From IMG/VR virus record IMGVR_UViG_3300031999_000035, positions 1 through 50,318 of that record: a stretch of 50,318 bases of DNA; one strand, 5' to 3'. Numbering within the stretch: the first letter of the stretch is position 1; each line of letters opens with the position of its first letter. The notes beneath the pieces were generated by a model. The model made no database searches, had not been told where the DNA came from, and saw only the letters and a program-made list of their open reading frames with translations. Positions 46,590 to 50,318 of the stretch are shown here, one piece after another. A program made the position numbers and the translations under genes. The stretch is from a virus. Taxonomy: Duplodnaviria > Caudoviricetes.

Positions 46590-48972
46590 CTATAAACTCC
46601 TGAAGTCTTGTGGTAGACCCATATGTAATTAGTTCATTGGATTTAAACTTTATCATGTCAAGTGCGTTGAACCCAAATGAGGTGTCAACAGGTATAGAGA
46701 AGACTCTTCCATCTATAGTTAGTGGCTTCTCTAAGGATAGTTGAACCATCTGCGTGGTAGTAAGTATAGCAAAGGTTCCTAAACTTAGAGGGAGTTGGTA
46801 CAAAATAGCATCATGAATATTGTTGAGTATATCAATCTCTATAGGTCCATTGTAATAGGAGTAGCATATTCCATCTTGATTGAGCTTCTCTGCCACATCA
46901 GACTGAGGTCCAAAGCTATAAGCCTCCTTAAACATATCTTCTCCCCATCTATCCATGAAGATTCGATGACGACCGAAGGCATTCACTAGGGTTCGGTCTA
47001 AGGCAAGCTTTGCTCTTATAGTGTTATGCCACTGACGGATACCTGGATAACTAAAATGATACTTATCATAGATGAATTTACCTTCAGCGTTAGTCATCTC
47101 GTTGAGTAGAGCGAACTTGATATAGTACATGTCATAGTTGAGTCCATGATTAGATTTCTTTCCCTTCTGTCTTTGCTCGTGAGTCACCAACTCGAGGGGT
47201 ACATTGAAAATCAAGCTGGCTGTCTGAGTGTGAATATCAATGTTGTTCTCGAAGGCTCGTATCATGTTTAGCTCATTAGCCCTATACGCGACATCACGGT
47301 TCTCAGCTTGAGACAAATCCTGCTTAACCATGATAAATCCTTCATCAGCTCGCATGAGCCGCAGCATCTCGTCCGGCTGATTTTGCAGATTAGCCCCGGT
47401 ATCAAAGATTGTTTTAGAAGAGCTAACTCTTCCTTGCTTAGTTCCAACCGGGTTCCACGAACATCTGAGCCTTTCATCCTTATCAAGTAATACCTCATAG
47501 TAAGTCCCTTTCAGTTTCTTGAAATGGCGAATCTGCTGGATGATACTAGCTTCTCGATAACCCTTTCCAGCAAGACGCATCATGGCAGTGTCATCAACTG
47601 TAGCGTTACCCATCTTGGTGTAGGCCTTCTCTCCCTTTAGAATGTAGAAGTAAGTCTTGACCTGCTTGGGAGATGCTACATTCAAAGGAGCACCAGTGAT
47701 AGAGTCTAATTCCGACTGAAGCTCTCGAATTTTAACGTCAGCTTCATCAGCGGCCTTTATAAGACCTTGCTTGCTCATCTTTATTCCTCGGCAGGCGATG
47801 TAAGTAAGAGGTTCAATGAGTCTCTTCTGCCGGTAGTATGTCTCAAGGTTACCCTGCTTTTTGAGAACATCTAATTGCTTCGGGAAGATTTGATGAAGAA
47901 CAGCAGCATCCATTGCACTATATCTACGGAACCTTTCAGTAGAACCAAAGGGATTCTTTATCCATTTCTTCCCTTCATCTTTATAGTAAGGCTCTCCATC
48001 ACAATAGACGCTGGTGAGAAAGTCTAAGCCTTTTGGAAAGTCAGGATGTGTAATAGCAGCTGCGACCATTGTATCTTCGACAGGCCGAACCACTATTCCA
48101 TATCGCATGAAGACAAAGGTGTTATCAAAGGTAATATTCTGACCAAGCTTCGTAACATTAGGGTTCTCGAGAAGTCCCTTTAATGCTTTCCAGATTTGGA
48201 ACTCTTGGTCTGGTGGGAAATAGTCTTGCCCTGCATCAAACAGCGGTATGCAAATTGCGTCCCGAGCAGAGATGCTAAGAGATATATGAGATACCTCATT
48301 GCGTGTAACCTCAATATCAAAGCCGACAAGGCTAGACAGACTATTACAGCGACTGATGTAATGCAGTACTTCATCAAACGATGGTTCGAGGATGAGTTGT
48401 CTTTCCAGATAGTTGACACTTGGGTCCTCACTTTGGTCTTTAATTCGCTGCATATCAAGAGCAATAAAATGGTTAAAGATATATTGGCGAAGTGCAGCGG
48501 CTGGATGAATAGTTGGAATGACCTTGCGGTCAGCGATTGCTGGGACTGTAGCTTTTAGAATAGACCCCCGTCTTTTAGTAATATCCTTTAAGCCAGTTAG
48601 AACGAACAGCGGAACGTTGCCGAAAGGGACAAACACGTTGGCTCTGCATGTAGCTAGTCGCTCAATTAGCTCCTCAATATAACGCTGTCCCTGCAGAGAG
48701 ATAACTGGAGTTTTCTTGCTAATGTTAATGAAATAAGATATATCATTATCAGGAGGTCTTTCCTGAATGACATTCTCAAAGCGACAGTCCTGTCGGTTGA
48801 GACCAGAGCGAACTAATATTCTGTCAGAGAGTCTACCGGCGGAGCCAACAAAGGGCCTTTGCTCTCGAACTTCATCAGCGCCAGGAGCCTCACCGATGAA
48901 GCAGATTTTGGCGCCGAGAGGGCCCTCACTATAGAGAGGTTTATCCATTCTGTCTTTCTGCTTTCCTTTCAA
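46561..48972 (-). CDS. Family A DNA polymerase with an N-terminal uracil-DNA-glycosylase-like domain and a 3'-5' exonuclease (SPO1-like architecture)
   Basis: UDG: IGEAPGADE..PFVGSAG, RPPDN, TIHPAA. Exonuclease: FDIE, GQNITFD, YSAMD. Polymerase: GRVSS..NLQN, motif A DLSQAE, motif B RQKGKKSNHGLNY, motif C IHDA. Confidence 0.93.
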   Translation of the reverse strand: MKGKQKDRMDKPLYSEGPLGAKICFIGEAPGADEVREQRPFVGSAGRLSDRILVRSGLNRQDCRFENVIQERPPDNDISYFINISKKTPVISLQGQRYIEELIERLATCRANVFVPFGNVPLFVLTGLKDITKRRGSILKATVPAIADRKVIPTIHPAAALRQYIFNHFIALDMQRIKDQSEDPSVNYLERQLILEPSFDEVLHYISRCNSLSSLVGFDIEVTRNEVSHISLSISARDAICIPLFDAGQDYFPPDQEFQIWKALKGLLENPNVTKLGQNITFDNTFVFMRYGIVVRPVEDTMVAAAITHPDFPKGLDFLTSVYCDGEPYYKDEGKKWIKNPFGSTERFRRYSAMDAAVLHQIFPKQLDVLKKQGNLETYYRQKRLIEPLTYIACRGIKMSKQGLIKAADEADVKIRELQSELDSITGAPLNVASPKQVKTYFYILKGEKAYTKMGNATVDDTAMMRLAGKGYREASIIQQIRHFKKLKGTYYEVLLDKDERLRCSWNPVGTKQGRVSSSKTIFDTGANLQNQPDEMLRLMRADEGFIMVKQDLSQAENRDVAYRANELNMIRAFENNIDIHTQTASLIFNVPLELVTHEQRQKGKKSNHGLNYDMYYIKFALLNEMTNAEGKFIYDKYHFSYPGIRQWHNTIRAKLALDRTLVNAFGRHRIFMDRWGEDMFKEAYSFGPQSDVAEKLNQDGICYSYYNGPIEIDILNNIHDAILYQLPLSLGTFAILTTTQMVQLSLEKPLTIDGRVFSIPVDTSFGFNALDMIKFKSNELITYGSTTRLQEFIDAQTASRLA

Positions 48973-48993
48973 TTAGTATGCTCATCCTTTTCA

Positions 48994-49398
48994 TTAAACT
49001 CCCGCCAATTTTTGGTAGGAGTTATACAACCTAGCGCTCATACCTGCACTGTATCTTACATTGTTTATTGTTCTTATCATATTATATATTGAAGCTGTGG
49101 GCTCTTCACAGAAGAATATCCTCTTGTCTTGCAGCGCAGCAAAAGCTATCTCCCTCCTCGTTGAGTCTCCAATATAGCCATTCACATTTATTACTTGGAT
49201 AGCATCTGACATCATAATCTTCTGCATATGAACTGCGTCGAGCATTGCCTTAGTCTCGTCGGTTGTAGCTAGTTCGTCCGCGTGGGTGAATGTAGTGAGA
49301 GATATAACGAGCCAGCCTTCTTCACCAAGGCGTTGAGCTTCCCTGATGAATTCTACTTTGAATGAAGTTGAGCCACAAAGAGTTATAACCGGTGCCAT
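48994..49398 (-). CDS. Nucleoside 2-deoxyribosyltransferase-like / DUF4406-like protein
   Basis: ITLCGSTSF, HMQKIMMSDAIQVIN..GYIGDSTRREIAFA; GGAGG RBS. Confidence 0.65.
   Translation of the reverse strand: MAPVITLCGSTSFKVEFIREAQRLGEEGWLVISLTTFTHADELATTDETKAMLDAVHMQKIMMSDAIQVINVNGYIGDSTRREIAFAALQDKRIFFCEEPTASIYNMIRTINNVRYSAGMSARLYNSYQKLAGV
48997..49023. repeat. 27-bp dispersed palindrome, copy 8
   Basis: AACTCCCGCCAA-TTT-TTGGTAGGAGTT; forms the last nine codons of the upstream gene, just before the polymerase. Confidence 0.92.
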
Positions 49399-49399
49399 C

Positions 49400-49813
49400 T
49401 TAGACCTCCACGATTTCAAGTGATAAACTGTTCTGGTTTCTTGTTATATTCATGAACCTATCATATGTTACACCGCTGTTTAGAATAGCTCTGTTTCCTC
49501 TAAGCTTATCAAAATACTGACCAATAAGAATACAACCAAGTGAATCATGAACTGTATTACCAGAATGGATGAGGATAGCAGTTCGACCTGGTACATGGAG
49601 AACCTCCCACTTTATGCCCATTGTCTTATGGGGTAGTAGAGCCATCTCATAACTACCCGCTGGGATGCAGCTGATGTTTGCATCACTGATGCCATCATGG
49701 TCAAGGTCATACCAAGGCAGCTCGAGAGTGACACAGAAACATTTGCCATCAAGAAGGAGAACTCCAAAGTGACCATCGTTGGAGTGCTCAACCCGAACTA
49801 TTTTTAGCTGCAT
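49400..49813 (-). CDS. DUF5675-family L,D-transpeptidase-like protein, putative endolysin
   Basis: CVTLELPW, ISCIPAGSY, VPGRTAILIHSGNT..DSLGCILIG (His/Cys catalytic pattern); AGGAGG RBS. Confidence 0.8.
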   Translation of the reverse strand: MQLKIVRVEHSNDGHFGVLLLDGKCFCVTLELPWYDLDHDGISDANISCIPAGSYEMALLPHKTMGIKWEVLHVPGRTAILIHSGNTVHDSLGCILIGQYFDKLRGNRAILNSGVTYDRFMNITRNQNSLSLEIVEV

Positions 49814-50081
49814 TTTCTTCCTCCTTGATTTTGGCGAGAGCCATCGTGAGACGAACAAGGGCATGCTCGAGGTCTTCCTTTGCTAGTTCCTCTTTTAATA
49901 TAGGAGAGCTAACCATACAGTTAGTAACATGCTGCAACGCGTGTTGAAACTGCATTGGGTAGCTTAGTACTCTCCACCTCCCAGCCTTTCCTTTGTTAGC
50001 ATTTCTTACCATTACCTCCACTATAGTTTTCTTCGCTATTTCACACAGCAGTAGGGTATCACTAAGGTCTGCCCGCTCCAT
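49788..50081 (-). CDS. Hypothetical protein, weakly resembling the dATP/dGTP diphosphohydrolase (DUF5664) domain
   Basis: VEVMVRNANKGKAGRW...FQHALQHV...EDLEHALVRLTM parallels the GAxKY..NW...RH...HLAHA pattern. Confidence 0.4.
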   Translation of the reverse strand: MERADLSDTLLLCEIAKKTIVEVMVRNANKGKAGRWRVLSYPMQFQHALQHVTNCMVSSPILKEELAKEDLEHALVRLTMALAKIKEEENAAKNSSG

Positions 50082-50318
50082 TTGCAAAGCTCCCTTCCAA
50101 AACTTTCGAGGTGAACGCATCTTTGTAAGCTTGAGATAAGTCCCAGCAGGTCGATGTCATGCCTAAGTTGGATGCTGCCAGTAAGGTATTGCCGCTGCCG
50201 CCAAAGGGTACAAGAACTCTGCCGTGAGGAGGGGCAAAGCACTCTAGCACAGCCATCATCAAGTCGACAGGGCGTTCGGTTGGATGCACCTTGTGGTCTG
50301 CATGGACTGGGGGAAAGT
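50065..50318. repeat. Terminal direct repeat / circular assembly overlap (copy 2)
   Basis: Duplicate of 1-254; encodes the C-terminus of the ParB-methyltransferase. Confidence 0.95.

Noticed and set aside
2423-49023. 27-bp palindromes as a CRISPR array or integron attC sites (they begin AAC, end GTT and follow stop codons)
   Set aside because: The copies are kilobases apart with no spacer array. They are far shorter than attC sites (about 57 bp or more), lack L boxes and RYYYAAC/GTTRRRY context, and no integrase or cas operon is present.
2423-49023. 27-bp palindromes as intrinsic terminators
   Set aside because: There is no U-tract on the transcribed strand, stem mismatches recur, and separate conventional terminator-like hairpins lie right next to copies 1 and 3.
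1-50318. Alternative genetic code, tRNA genes or a Z-base (PurZ) pathway
   Set aside because: Genes tile densely under the standard code with all three stop codons in use. No cloverleaf or PurZ-like ORF was recognised by eye; tRNAscan was not run.

Overview
The window is an apparently complete, circularly permuted tailed-phage genome of about 50,064 bp; bases 1-254 recur at 50065-50318 with one synonymous mismatch. The layout is podovirus-like, with no tape measure, tail tube or sheath genes and three large ejection-type proteins. Two blocks diverge from host sigma70-type promoters near 12.0-12.3 kb. The minus-strand block holds early, recombination and replication genes: ATP-dependent ligase, Cas4-like nuclease, AAA_24/Sak4-like ATPase, DEDDh exonuclease, DUF669-type SSB, a ParB-HTH-DNA methyltransferase fusion spanning the assembly junction, a DUF5675-type lysin, a UDG-fused family A polymerase and a DUF3987-type ATPase. 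The plus-strand block holds packaging and virion genes: TerS candidate, signal-peptide-bearing fibre-like proteins, holin-like genes, TerL, portal, scaffold, decoration paralogs, SU10-type MCP, adaptor, nozzle, and ejection proteins including a ~2270-aa polyvalent protein with an ADP-ribosyltransferase domain. I recognised no integrase, repressor, RNA polymerase, primase, tRNA or CRISPR array. The most striking unexplained signals are (i) eight dispersed copies of a 27-bp palindrome, AACTCCYRCCAA-WWW-TTGGYRGGAGTT, nearly all at gene junctions and varying like a DNA-level protein-binding site, and (ii) a two-fold symmetric iteron/AT-rich element at 10.63-10.93 kb that looks like a bidirectional origin. 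All family assignments come from motifs recognised by eye, not from database searches.
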